Source: Deltaproteobacteria bacterium (lineage in GTDB: Bacteria > Myxococcota_A > Polyangia > Polyangiales > Houyiibacteriaceae). Taken from it: DNA of 45,244 nucleotides. Shown one piece after another: positions 1 through 8,145 of this stretch (the stretch's first letter is position 1; each line of letters starts with the position of its first letter). The DNA lies in NCBI GenBank assembly GCA_041821485.1, contig JBGUEF010000001.1, forward strand, positions 1 to 45,244. Reading direction: 5' to 3'. A model generated the notes under the pieces. The model worked only from the letters and a program-made list of their open reading frames with translations. It was not told the origin of the DNA and searched no databases. The translations under genes were made by a program, and so were the position numbers.

Positions 1-274
1 GGCAGTGAGCCCTGCAGTGGCAGTTGTGCCGTCGTCGTGATGTGTGAAACGCGTTGCATTTCGCGTGCCATGACGAATTCGTCATTGATTCTACGGCTTA
101 GGCAAAACATGGCGCGAACGTTCTGCGTTTGGTTAGGCCGCGACGAAAAGCATGCGCGACTGTGAGCGCCGCTGGCACCACCGGGTCGAGCTTCGGGCGG
201 TGCTGTACGCGAGCGCGTTGAGCTCGATGGCCCCGCTCTGTCCTCGAGGGGCGCGCCGTGTCACGTGGTTCGAA

Positions 275-306
275 TTAACCCTGTGAAAAAGGGGACTGTC
301 CCCTTT
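275..306. repeat. single-hairpin copy of the same palindromic element family
   Basis: TTAACCCTGTGAAAAAGGGGACTGTCCCCTTT compared with TTAACCCTTCTGAAAAGGGGACTGTCCCCTTT at 32108-32139. They are the same length, share the 16-nt core GGGGACTGTCCCCTTT and have 4 mismatches in the linker. Confidence 0.6.
286..306 (-). terminator. putative intrinsic terminator of mlaE-mlaF
   Basis: The minus strand reads GAAAGGGGACAGTCCCCTTTTTCAC: a 7-bp stem (AAAGGGG/CCCCTTT), a 5-nt loop and then a short T tract. It lies 31 nt after the mlaF stop. Confidence 0.5.
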
Positions 307-337
307 CTTCGACCACTGGCACGGTCACGGACCGCGG

Positions 338-1150
338 CTAGTCGAGTCTAATCCGCGACGCTCGCATGAACTCTGCAGTCGCTGGATGCTCGCTGTGCAG
401 CAATTCCTGTGGCGTACCCGTGGCCGTAATCTCGCCCAGGTGGAGGAAGCTCAGGTGGTCGGCGATGCGTACTACCGAGGCCATGTCGTGACTGATCACG
501 ATCGAGGTGACGCCGAACAATTCTTCGGCCTCGGTGATCAAGTCGTCGACCATCTCCGTGGTGATTGGGTCCAGGCCCGTGGTCGGCTCATCGTAAATCA
601 GGATTTCGCTCTCGAGGATCATCGCTCGGGCGACGGCGACGCGCTTCTGCATGCCTCCGGAGAGCTCGGCGGGAAGTTTGTGGGCGGCGGCGGCCACGCC
701 GAGCGCGGACAAGCGGTCCATCACGCGGTCACGCACTTCGTTGCGCGACAGATCGGTGTGCTCGCGAACCGGGAACGCAACGTTGTCGAATACCGTCATG
801 GAATCGAACAGTGCCGACATCTGAAACACCATGCCGAAGGTTCGGCGCATGGCCGCGAGGTTGAGGCCTTCGAGCTTGGCGAAGTCGACGCCGTTGACCA
901 GAAGCTCGCCGGAGTCGGGCTTCTCGAGACGGATCAGCTGGCGCATCAGCACGGTTTTGCCGGACCCAGACGGCCCGATGATCAGGTTTGTCTTCCTTCG
1001 ATGGACATCGAGGGAAACGCCCTTGAGCACGTGATGGTCTCCATAGTTCTTGTGCACGTCACGAATCCGCACATGGATCGGGTCGTCCTTCACTTGCACG
1101 GGTAGCGGCGGCCGAGTCAATCGCATCAAGTTGCTTCGAAAGACCTTCAT
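338..1150 (-). CDS. mlaF: ABC transporter ATP-binding protein, MlaF-like
   Basis: This is the C-terminal 270 aa of tracked ORF 338..1918. Motifs present: Walker A GPSGSGKT, ABC signature LSGGMQKR, Walker B ILIYDEPT, H-loop ISHD. The ATG at 1150 forms an ATGA overlap with the mlaE stop. The upstream 256 aa of the tracked ORF is an Arg/Pro-rich shadow of mlaE. Confidence 0.85.
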   Translation of the reverse strand: MKVFRSNLMRLTRPPLPVQVKDDPIHVRIRDVHKNYGDHHVLKGVSLDVHRRKTNLIIGPSGSGKTVLMRQLIRLEKPDSGELLVNGVDFAKLEGLNLAAMRRTFGMVFQMSALFDSMTVFDNVAFPVREHTDLSRNEVRDRVMDRLSALGVAAAAHKLPAELSGGMQKRVAVARAMILESEILIYDEPTTGLDPITTEMVDDLITEAEELFGVTSIVISHDMASVVRIADHLSFLHLGEITATGTPQELLHSEHPATAEFMRASRIRLD

Positions 1151-1998
1151 CAGAAGAACCCTTCCCCCAGGACCAGGCTCGTCACGAGGTAATCGAGCAT
1201 GAGGATGGCGATGGCGCTCTGCACGACCGCGCGATTCGTCGCGCGCCCTACTCCAGCGGCGCCGCCTTTCGCGTAGAAGCCCTGGCGGCACGCGATGAGC
1301 GTGACCGCAACGCCGAACACCATCGCCTTGATCAGGCCCTGCGAGAGATCGTCCCAATCGACCAGCCATTTCAGGCGGTCCATGAACACCCCAGGGTCGA
1401 GCCCGAGAAGGGTCACGGCTACGAAGAACGCACCCGCCACTCCGACGACGTTGAAGAGCATCGTCAGGACCGGCACCATGACGAACCCGGCCACCAGCCT
1501 GGGCACGACCAAGTACTGCACCGGATTGACCGCCATCGTGACGAGCGCGTCGATCTGATTGGTGACGCGCATGGAGCCGAGCTCGGTCGTCATCGCGCTG
1601 CCCGCTCGGCTCGTGACCATGAGCGCCGCGAATACAGGCCCCACTTCGCGCGCCAAGGCGAGGCCGATGACGGCGCCGGTTTGATTCTCGGCGCCGAAGT
1701 CGCGAAAGCCATCGACCAGCTGCAGAGCGAGAACGCCGCCGACGAAGACTGCGGTCAGCGAGACGAGGAAGATCGAGCCGATGCCGATGAACTCCATGGA
1801 CTCGATGAAGAGCCGGCCGCGGTACGGCGGGCGGATGCCCCAGAAGAGCGCCTCCCAAAGAAGCTTGAACAGCCCGCTGATCTCGACGAAGGGCGACAGG
1901 AGCATCTTGAGGAGCCACTCGCCCGCGTCGCGCGCCGCAGCACGTAGCTTCGAGCTCTTTTCGGGTGTCGCGGACGCGGTGGGAGCAGCGTCAGTCAC
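1150..1998 (-). CDS. mlaE: ABC transporter permease, MlaE family
   Basis: 282 aa multi-TM protein. It carries the MlaE/Ttg2B core REVGPVFAALMVTSRAGSAMTTELGSMRVTNQIDAL and VVPRLVAGF. Translationally coupled to mlaF. Confidence 0.85.
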   Translation of the reverse strand: MTDAAPTASATPEKSSKLRAAARDAGEWLLKMLLSPFVEISGLFKLLWEALFWGIRPPYRGRLFIESMEFIGIGSIFLVSLTAVFVGGVLALQLVDGFRDFGAENQTGAVIGLALAREVGPVFAALMVTSRAGSAMTTELGSMRVTNQIDALVTMAVNPVQYLVVPRLVAGFVMVPVLTMLFNVVGVAGAFFVAVTLLGLDPGVFMDRLKWLVDWDDLSQGLIKAMVFGVAVTLIACRQGFYAKGGAAGVGRATNRAVVQSAIAILMLDYLVTSLVLGEGFF

Positions 1999-2030
1999 GA
2001 GGCTTCATAACATGGTTCGGTCGGGAAACG

Positions 2031-3185
2031 TCAGGCATTCAGATAGACGCGAGGGACTCGCCGGGACACGTTGGTCAAGACCTCGTACGGAATGGTTCCG
2101 GCCGCCGATGCAAGGTCGCGCGCATCGAGAACGGCGCCGTTTTGCTCCCCGAGCAGCAGCGCTTCGTCGCCAATGACCACGTCGGGAACAGCGGAAACGT
2201 CGACGGTGGTGAGGTCCATCGCGATGTTTCCTACGATCGGGCAGCGGACACCGCGGATCAACACATGGGCTCGGTTCGACGCCGAGCGCAGCAAGCCGTC
2301 GCCGTACCCCACCGGAATGGTCGCCAAGCGCGTCTCCGACGTGGCTCGAAACGAACGCCCGTACCCAGCGGAGTCGCCCGGCGCGAGCGTCCGCACCCGA
2401 AGAACCTCCGTGCGCCAGCGCATCGCAGGTCGAAGCGGTGCATCGATCGTATCGGAGCCTGGGTATCCATAGAGCGCGAGCCCCGGGCGCACCCAATCGA
2501 AATGGGTCTCGGGGTGCCGAAACAAGGCCGCGCTGTTGGCGACGTGCAACACGACCGGCTCATGGCCAAACCGGCGAACGAGGCCCTGCGCCTGAGCGAA
2601 GCCCGCCAGCTGAAGTGCCACGTAGTCCGGGTCCGCGTCGGCGGTCGAAAGGTGAGTCATCAGGCCCGCAATGCGAATCGAAGGGAACTCCCGCAGGCCG
2701 CGAAGGAATTCGCTGAGCTCGGCGAGCGGCACGCCGAGACGCCCCATGCCCGTGTCCACCTTGAGGTGCACGTCGACGGGGCGGTCCCCGGAAACCGCAT
2801 CGAACGCGCTCGCCTCTGAGATTTCGTAGAGCACCGGCGTGAGCCCCGCCGCAATGATGTCGCGATGAGCACCCCCGCTGATGCCATTGAGGACGAGGAT
2901 GGCGCGGTCGATGCCGGCCTCACGAAGCTCGATCCCTTCCTCCGCAAGTGCGACACCGAAGCCGTCGACCCCTTCGGACTGCAGTCGTTGGGCGACCGGC
3001 ACCACGCCATGCCCATACGCATCGGCCTTCACCACCGCGAGGACCTTGCGCCCTCGTGCCGCGCCCCGAACCACCTGCAGATTGTGTCCGATCGCATCGA
3101 GCAAGACCTCGGCGCGGGTCGGCCGCAACGATGCGTCCGCGCTCTGCACGCGCGGCCTCAAGGGCGTGGGGGAATCGGATTGCAC
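2031..3185 (-). CDS. alr: alanine racemase
   Basis: 384 aa. PLP-lysine motif VVKADAYGHG is present, with C-terminal YEVLTNVSRRVPRVY typical of Alr. The start codon (GTG at 3185) is uncertain and a downstream start is possible. Confidence 0.85.
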   Translation of the reverse strand: MQSDSPTPLRPRVQSADASLRPTRAEVLLDAIGHNLQVVRGAARGRKVLAVVKADAYGHGVVPVAQRLQSEGVDGFGVALAEEGIELREAGIDRAILVLNGISGGAHRDIIAAGLTPVLYEISEASAFDAVSGDRPVDVHLKVDTGMGRLGVPLAELSEFLRGLREFPSIRIAGLMTHLSTADADPDYVALQLAGFAQAQGLVRRFGHEPVVLHVANSAALFRHPETHFDWVRPGLALYGYPGSDTIDAPLRPAMRWRTEVLRVRTLAPGDSAGYGRSFRATSETRLATIPVGYGDGLLRSASNRAHVLIRGVRCPIVGNIAMDLTTVDVSAVPDVVIGDEALLLGEQNGAVLDARDLASAAGTIPYEVLTNVSRRVPRVYLNA

Positions 3186-3261
3186 GGCTTGGGGCTAACG
3201 GTTGGCGACGCCGGCGTCAAGCGTTGGCGTCCCCGCACAGGGGGGTTACGCTCCTGCCTGC

Positions 3262-4161
3262 ATGGCACGGGCTCAACGACGCCACACGGAGGCGGTGAAG
3301 CGCGCCGACCAGCGGTCCACCCGCGTGCTCTGGGGCGGCATGCTCGTCGGCGGTCTCATCGCGGTCGGCATCGCGCTCGCGCCGAGCTGCCAAGCCCCGG
3401 CGGAAGAAACCGTCGCTCCGGTAGACATCACACCCAGCGAGACGTCCCGCCCCGTCACGGCGCCAGCGATCGAAGAGCTTCGCCTGCGTGTCATTGGCAA
3501 GTACCCGCACGCGACCGACGCCTTCACCCAGGGGCTCATCTGGCACGACGGCCTGATGTACGAGAGCACCGGCCAGTACGGGAAGTCGTCGCTGCGCAAG
3601 GTCCGACTCGAAGACGGTAAGGTCCTGGCGCAACGCGAGCTCGATCCAAAGTTTTTTGGCGAAGGCTTGGAGCGGGTCGGCGATCGCCTAGTTCAGCTCA
3701 CGTGGCGCTCCGGGCTCGCCTTCGTATCGGACCTGGCTACGCTCGAAGCACGCGAAACACTCAGCTACCGCGGCGAAGGTTGGGGCCTCTGCTACGACGG
3801 GAGCGTGCTGGTGATGAGCGATGGCTCATCCATGCTCGAGTTTCGTGACCCCGGATCGATGGAGCTTCTGGGCGAGGTTACGGTGTTGAGGGACGGTCGC
3901 CCCGTGCCGAAGCTCAACGAGCTCGAGTGCGTGGGCTCGGAGATCTACGCGAATATCTGGCGGCACGACGAGATCATCCGAATCGATCGCGAGAGCGGGC
4001 GCGTCACTGGGACGATAGACGCGAGCGAATTGCTATCACGCGACGAAGCAAGACGCGCCGACGTCCTCAATGGCATCGCCTACAAGCCAGAGTCGAAGAC
4101 CTTCCTGCTGACGGGCAAGCTTTGGCCTCATGTGTTCGAGGTCGAGCTCGTTCCCCGCTGA
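3262..4161 (+). CDS. glutamine cyclotransferase (bacterial/plant beta-propeller type), signal-anchored
   Basis: Motifs FTQGLIWHDGLMYESTGQYGKSSLRKV, FFGEGLE..LVQLTW and NELECVGSEIYANIW match the glutaminyl-peptide cyclotransferase family. There is an N-terminal hydrophobic anchor MLVGGLIAVGIALA. The ORF opens at a TTG at 3202; I prefer the ATG at 3262. Confidence 0.75.
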   Translation: MARAQRRHTEAVKRADQRSTRVLWGGMLVGGLIAVGIALAPSCQAPAEETVAPVDITPSETSRPVTAPAIEELRLRVIGKYPHATDAFTQGLIWHDGLMYESTGQYGKSSLRKVRLEDGKVLAQRELDPKFFGEGLERVGDRLVQLTWRSGLAFVSDLATLEARETLSYRGEGWGLCYDGSVLVMSDGSSMLEFRDPGSMELLGEVTVLRDGRPVPKLNELECVGSEIYANIWRHDEIIRIDRESGRVTGTIDASELLSRDEARRADVLNGIAYKPESKTFLLTGKLWPHVFEVELVPR

Positions 4162-5009
4162 TCGCCCGAAGGCTCTCTCACTTGCGTCACGAGCTCCGGC
4201 TCCCATTCAGCGAGCCTCGCGCGCATCGTCGCGATCGCGTCCGGGCTTTCGTCGACGAGCACGAAACCCCGACCAAGGCGCGCGGCGGCCTCGCCAGTCG
4301 TTCCGCTCCCCGCAAAGAAATCGAGGACGGTATCCCCAGGCTCGGTATGCACTTTGATGATGCGCTCGAGCACGCCAAGCGGTTTCTGCGTCGGGTACCC
4401 GGTCTTCTCTTTGCTGTTCGTCGGCACGATCGTGTGCCACCAGACGTCCGTGGGAGTCTTGCCGCGAGCCGCTTTCTCTTTCCCGACGAGCCCTGGCGCC
4501 ATGTACGGAATGCGATCCATCTCTTCAAACTGAAAGACGTAGCGCTTGGGGTCGAGAACGTACCAAAGCAGGGTGTCGTGCTTCGCAGGCCACCTCCGCT
4601 TCGGCCGGCCTCCGAAGTCGTACGCCCAAATGATCTCGTTGAGGAAACGGTCCCTGCCAAGGAGCCGGTCCAGCGCGACTTTCACGTAGTGCACCTCACG
4701 GTAGTCGAGATGCACGAACAGGGATCCATCCGCGGTCAGGCACGGAAGCGCCGCCTCGATGCGGCTCATGAGGAAAGGAATGTACGCATCGAACTCGTCT
4801 TCGTAGGTGGGGCTGTCGATCTGCTCGACGTCATAGCGCCGCCCGCCGAACCCCTGCCGCTCGCCTTCCACCGCGGCCCGCACTTGCATGCGCTGGCGGG
4901 ACTGGGTGCGTCCCGTATTGAACGGCGGGTCGATGTAAATCAGGCGCGCGTGCTCGCGCGGCAGTGTCGGGAGGACCTCCAAATTGTCGCCCTGCACGAT
5001 TCTCTTCAC
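4128..5009 (-). CDS. site-specific DNA methyltransferase, beta-class (motif IV before motif I), probably N6-adenine
   Basis: Motif IV is [10 protein letters not shown], followed by motif [17 protein letters not shown]-terminus [17 protein letters not shown] is typical of the N4/N6 MTase family. I prefer the GTG at 5009; the tracked ORF extends to 5090 through Arg-rich sequence. No restriction endonuclease gene is adjacent. Confidence 0.8.
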   Translation of the reverse strand: MKRIVQGDNLEVLPTLPREHARLIYIDPPFNTGRTQSRQRMQVRAAVEGERQGFGGRRYDVEQIDSPTYEDEFDAYIPFLMSRIEAALPCLTADGSLFVHLDYREVHYVKVALDRLLGRDRFLNEIIWAYDFGGRPKRRWPAKHDTLLWYVLDPKRYVFQFEEMDRIPYMAPGLVGKEKAARGKTPTDVWWHTIVPTNSKEKTGYPTQKPLGVLERIIKVHTEPGDTVLDFFAGSGTTGEAAARLGRGFVLVDESPDAIATMRARLAEWEPELVTQVREPSGDQRGTSSTSNT

Positions 5010-5095
5010 GCGGCCGAGCCTATCATCCGCGGGTGAACCCGCCCATCCTCGAACCCGCTTGCAGCGCCATGGGGGCCGACCTACCCTCACGGCCG

Positions 5096-5296
5096 ATGCA
5101 ACTCGTGGTCAACGGCGAAGAACGGCAGGTCGGGCCAAGCACGACCGTGAAGCAGCTGCTGGCCTCGCTGGGCCTTGCAGACACATTGGTCGCTGTAGAA
5201 CGTAACGAAGAAGTCGTGCCTCGGGCCCAACACGAGAGCACGGAGCTCCGCGAGGGCGACCGCGTCGAGGTGGTTCATTTCGTAGGAGGCGGTTGA
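5096..5296 (+). CDS. thiS: sulfur carrier protein ThiS
   Basis: 66 aa from the internal ATG (MQLVVNGEE...) ending in the diagnostic C-terminal GG (HFVGGG). It lies directly upstream of thiG. The stop TGA abuts the thiG GTG. Confidence 0.8.
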   Translation: MQLVVNGEERQVGPSTTVKQLLASLGLADTLVAVERNEEVVPRAQHESTELREGDRVEVVHFVGGG

Positions 5297-6094
5297 GTGT
5301 CCGAAGATATCCTGAAGATTGGCGAGTTCGAGTTTCGTTCTCGGTTGTTCACGGGGACGGGCAAATACCCGGACCTCGATACCGCAAGGAGGGCTTTGCA
5401 GGCCTCGGGCTGCGAAGTCGTCACCGTCGCTGTGCGTCGCGTGGATCTGAAGGCGACAGGAGCCGATTCGATCATGACGGTTCTCCGGGAGGGCAACTAC
5501 ACGCTCCTTCCAAACACCGCCGGCTGCTACACCGCGGAGGATGCGCTTCGCACGGCGCGGCTGGGTAGAGAGCTTCTCGACACGCCGCTCGTCAAGCTCG
5601 AGGTGATCGGCGACGAGAAAACCCTCTTCCCCGACGTTCCCGCAACGCTCGAGGCCGCGAAGACACTCGTCGACGAGGGCTTCACCGTCCTTCCCTACTT
5701 CAATGACGACCCCATCGCCGCACGGCGCCTCGAAGACCTGGGCTGCGCCGCGGTCATGCCTCTCGCCGCGCCGATCGGCAGCGGGCTCGGCGTCCGCAAT
5801 CCCTTCAACATCGAGATCATCGTGAAGCACGCCAACGTGCCCGTCATCGTCGATGCGGGCGTCGGGACCGCCTCCGATGCAGCCATCGCCATGGAGCTCG
5901 GCATCGACGGCGTCTTGATGAACACGGCGATCGCCGGCGCGAAGGATCCGGTTCGAATGGCGCGCGCGATGAAGGCCGGAGTCGAAGCCGGCCGCGACGC
6001 ATTCCTCGCAGGCCGGATTCAGCGCAAGCTCTACGCAACGGCGTCGAGCCCCCTCGAGGGCGTCATCGGCTCCGAGCAAAGCGGCCGCTCATAG
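5297..6094 (+). CDS. thiG: thiazole synthase ThiG
   Basis: 265 aa. Motifs [40 protein letters not shown] and [14 protein letters not shown] are classic ThiG. A GGAGG sits 8 nt upstream of the GTG start. Confidence 0.92.
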   Translation: MSEDILKIGEFEFRSRLFTGTGKYPDLDTARRALQASGCEVVTVAVRRVDLKATGADSIMTVLREGNYTLLPNTAGCYTAEDALRTARLGRELLDTPLVKLEVIGDEKTLFPDVPATLEAAKTLVDEGFTVLPYFNDDPIAARRLEDLGCAAVMPLAAPIGSGLGVRNPFNIEIIVKHANVPVIVDAGVGTASDAAIAMELGIDGVLMNTAIAGAKDPVRMARAMKAGVEAGRDAFLAGRIQRKLYATASSPLEGVIGSEQSGRS

Positions 6095-6104
6095 CACCAG
6101 GACG

Positions 6105-6743
6105 ATGACCCCAGCGCTTCCGCGGATCTGGATCATCACTGACCCGAGTCACCCGGACGGCCCGGTGATCCCAGCACGGCGTGCACTCGAAAAATCCCGG
6201 CCCGGCCTCGTGGGAGTGCAGCTCAGGGCAAAACGCGCATCCGATCGCCAACTGCTCCAATGGGGTCGAGAGCTGCGGGCGGTGACCCGCGCCACCGGCA
6301 GTGTGCTGCTGGTCAACCGACGGGCTGACGTCGCCCAGATCGTCGGCGCGGACGGCGTGCACCTCCCCGAGCGTGGCCTACGCGCGACCGACATCCGCGA
6401 ACAATGGCCTGAGCTTGCAATGATCGGCGTCTCACGCCACGACCGGGCCGGCCTCTTGGCTGCTGAGCAAGCAGGCGCGACGTACGCATTCCTGAGCCCC
6501 GTGTTCACGGTCCCGGGCAAGGCTCAACCGATCGGTGTTCATGGCTTTCAGAGCGCGATCGCGCATGTCGGGATTCCGACATACGCCCTTGGCGGGATCG
6601 GGAACCAGGATTGGAAGGCATTGCTCGCTGCGGGCGCCTTCGGCATCGCGATCCGCCGAGCGATCTACGGAGCGAGTCAACCGGGCGAAGCCTTGCAAGG
6701 ATTCGTGCACGAGCTTGACAAGAGCCTCGCAAACGGCGAATAG
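6105..6743 (+). CDS. thiE: thiamine-phosphate synthase ThiE
   Basis: 212 aa TMP-TENI fold. Motifs: VQLRAK, DGVHLPE, SPVFTVPGK, ALGGI. Third gene of the thiSGE string. Confidence 0.8.
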   Translation: MTPALPRIWIITDPSHPDGPVIPARRALEKSRPGLVGVQLRAKRASDRQLLQWGRELRAVTRATGSVLLVNRRADVAQIVGADGVHLPERGLRATDIREQWPELAMIGVSRHDRAGLLAAEQAGATYAFLSPVFTVPGKAQPIGVHGFQSAIAHVGIPTYALGGIGNQDWKALLAAGAFGIAIRRAIYGASQPGEALQGFVHELDKSLANGE

Positions 6744-6751
6744 CCAGCGTT

Positions 6752-7378
6752 GTGGGAGCGGTTCGTAGCGGGCTCGGATGCCTGTCGTGGGTGGGCGCTG
6801 GCATCATCGTCATCGCGCTGGTGCTCAAGGTGCTGCTCTTCGACATGGCGGAGGTCGGGCACAACGGGATGGCTCCCACGCTGCTGCGGGGAGAGCGGGT
6901 CCTGATCAACAAGCGGGCTGCCCCCGAGCTCGGATCGATCGCCGTGTGCCAGCATCCCACCGAAGATGGCTGGGTGATTGGCCGGGTGGCGGCCATCGAG
7001 GGCATGTCGATCGACTCCTTCGGCAAAGAGCTCCGCATCGATGGCAATCCGGTGGTATTCGACAGGGAAGGTGCAACCTCCTTCTACAATGCCGACAACG
7101 AGCTGACGGCCTCGCTGACCTGGGGCTCCGAGTATTTCGGAACAGGAAGTCACCTGATTTTCATGAGGGAAGACGACCGCCATCGGGTCCAGGAGACTGA
7201 GGTCCCCTCGGGGCAGGTCTACCTGCTCAACGACTACCGGTCCTACACGGTACAAGATAGCCGGGTCTACGGAGCGGTGGATGCCTCGACCTGCCGGGGC
7301 ACGATCGTCTTTCGCGTCATCCCCGTCGACGGTCTCGAACGCGACCTCGCCCACCGTTATTTCCAGCCGATTCGATAG
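6752..7378 (+). CDS. signal peptidase I (S26) homologue lacking the Ser/Lys catalytic dyad
   Basis: N-terminal TM helix, then S26 boxes. Box B reads [19 protein letters not shown] (consensus SGSMxPTL), box D reads [10 protein letters not shown] (consensus YIKRxxGLPGD), box E reads [18 protein letters not shown] (consensus GDNRxxSxDSR). By this hand alignment both the Ser and Lys positions are Gly. Confidence 0.6.
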   Translation: MGAVRSGLGCLSWVGAGIIVIALVLKVLLFDMAEVGHNGMAPTLLRGERVLINKRAAPELGSIAVCQHPTEDGWVIGRVAAIEGMSIDSFGKELRIDGNPVVFDREGATSFYNADNELTASLTWGSEYFGTGSHLIFMREDDRHRVQETEVPSGQVYLLNDYRSYTVQDSRVYGAVDASTCRGTIVFRVIPVDGLERDLAHRYFQPIR

Positions 7379-7448
7379 TGGCTCTTCCGCGTTGCCTGAA
7401 GCCCGGTCCGATCTATGCTCCGCGCGCCGAGGACAACGGAATCGCCCG

Positions 7449-8145
7449 ATGAGAGTCGCTGTCGTACAATTTCCAGGCTCAAATGCCGACTGGGACGCCC
7501 TGCACGCGGTGCGCGACGTCCTGGGCGCAGACGCCTGGTACGCCTTCCACAAGGAAACCAGCCTGGGCGACGCAGACGCCGTCGTGATTCCGGGGGGCTT
7601 CTCTTACGGGGACTACCTGCGCGCCGGCGCGATCGCGGGTTTCAGCCCAATCGACAATGCGATCGGCGAATTCGCAAGTCGAGGCGGGCCGGTCCTCGGA
7701 ATCTGCAACGGTTTCCAGATTCTGACGGAGATGGGCCTTCTGCCCGGCGCTCTGACGCGGAACGCTCACCTTCGCTTCGAGTGCCGGGACATCCATCTGC
7801 GCGTCGAGAGCGAAGGCCCCTTCACGGACATGGGCAAAGGCACCGTGCTCCGCTTGCCGATTGCGCATGCCGACGGCCGGTACCACACCACCGACGAGGG
7901 GCTTGCTGAGCTCGAGCGCAACGGCCAAATCGCCTTCCGCTACAGCACGCACAGCGGCGGCGCTCCAAACGGCAGCGATGCCAACCCGAACGGCTCGGTC
8001 GATGGACATTGCGGGCGTGTACAACCGCGAAAAGAACGTGCTCGGCATGATGCCGCATCCCGAGCGGGCGAGCGAAGGCATCCTGGGCAACGACGACGGT
8101 CTCTCGCTGTTCCAATCGCTTCGGCGTCACTTGGGGTTCGAATGA
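7449..8145 (+). pseudogene. purQ: phosphoribosylformylglycinamidine synthase glutaminase subunit PurQ, frame disrupted by a 1-nt insertion near 8004-8005
   Basis: The N-terminal 185 aa ([14 protein letters not shown]...GICNGFQ...NPNGSV) are in frame 0. The C-terminal part ([39 protein letters not shown]) is in frame +1 and ends with TGA at 8143-8145. The junction reads gtc gat g gac att, where gtc gat gac att would give the conserved NGSVDDIAGV. Confidence 0.8.

Noticed and set aside
205-281. tRNA or tRNA fragment suggested by GGTTCGAAT (T-loop-like) at 267-275
   Set aside because: The flanks do not form a T-stem (cacgt/taacc are not complementary). No acceptor, D or anticodon arms could be folded upstream. 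A truncated tRNA remnant cannot be supported from the sequence.
338-1918. 526-aa ORF that would make a very large ABC ATPase
   Set aside because: Only the last 270 aa are ABC-like. The N-terminal part is Arg/Pro-rich low-complexity sequence lying antisense-frame over the well-supported mlaE gene. An internal ATG at 1150 forms an ATGA junction with the mlaE stop.
5010-5095. TPP (THI-box) riboswitch expected upstream of thiSGE
   Set aside because: Only about 86 nt are available. I see ACCC and GAACCCG-like pieces but no CUGAGA core and no ACCUGAUCUGGAUAAUGCCAGCG-like P4/P5 segment. A covariance-model scan (RF00059) would be decisive.
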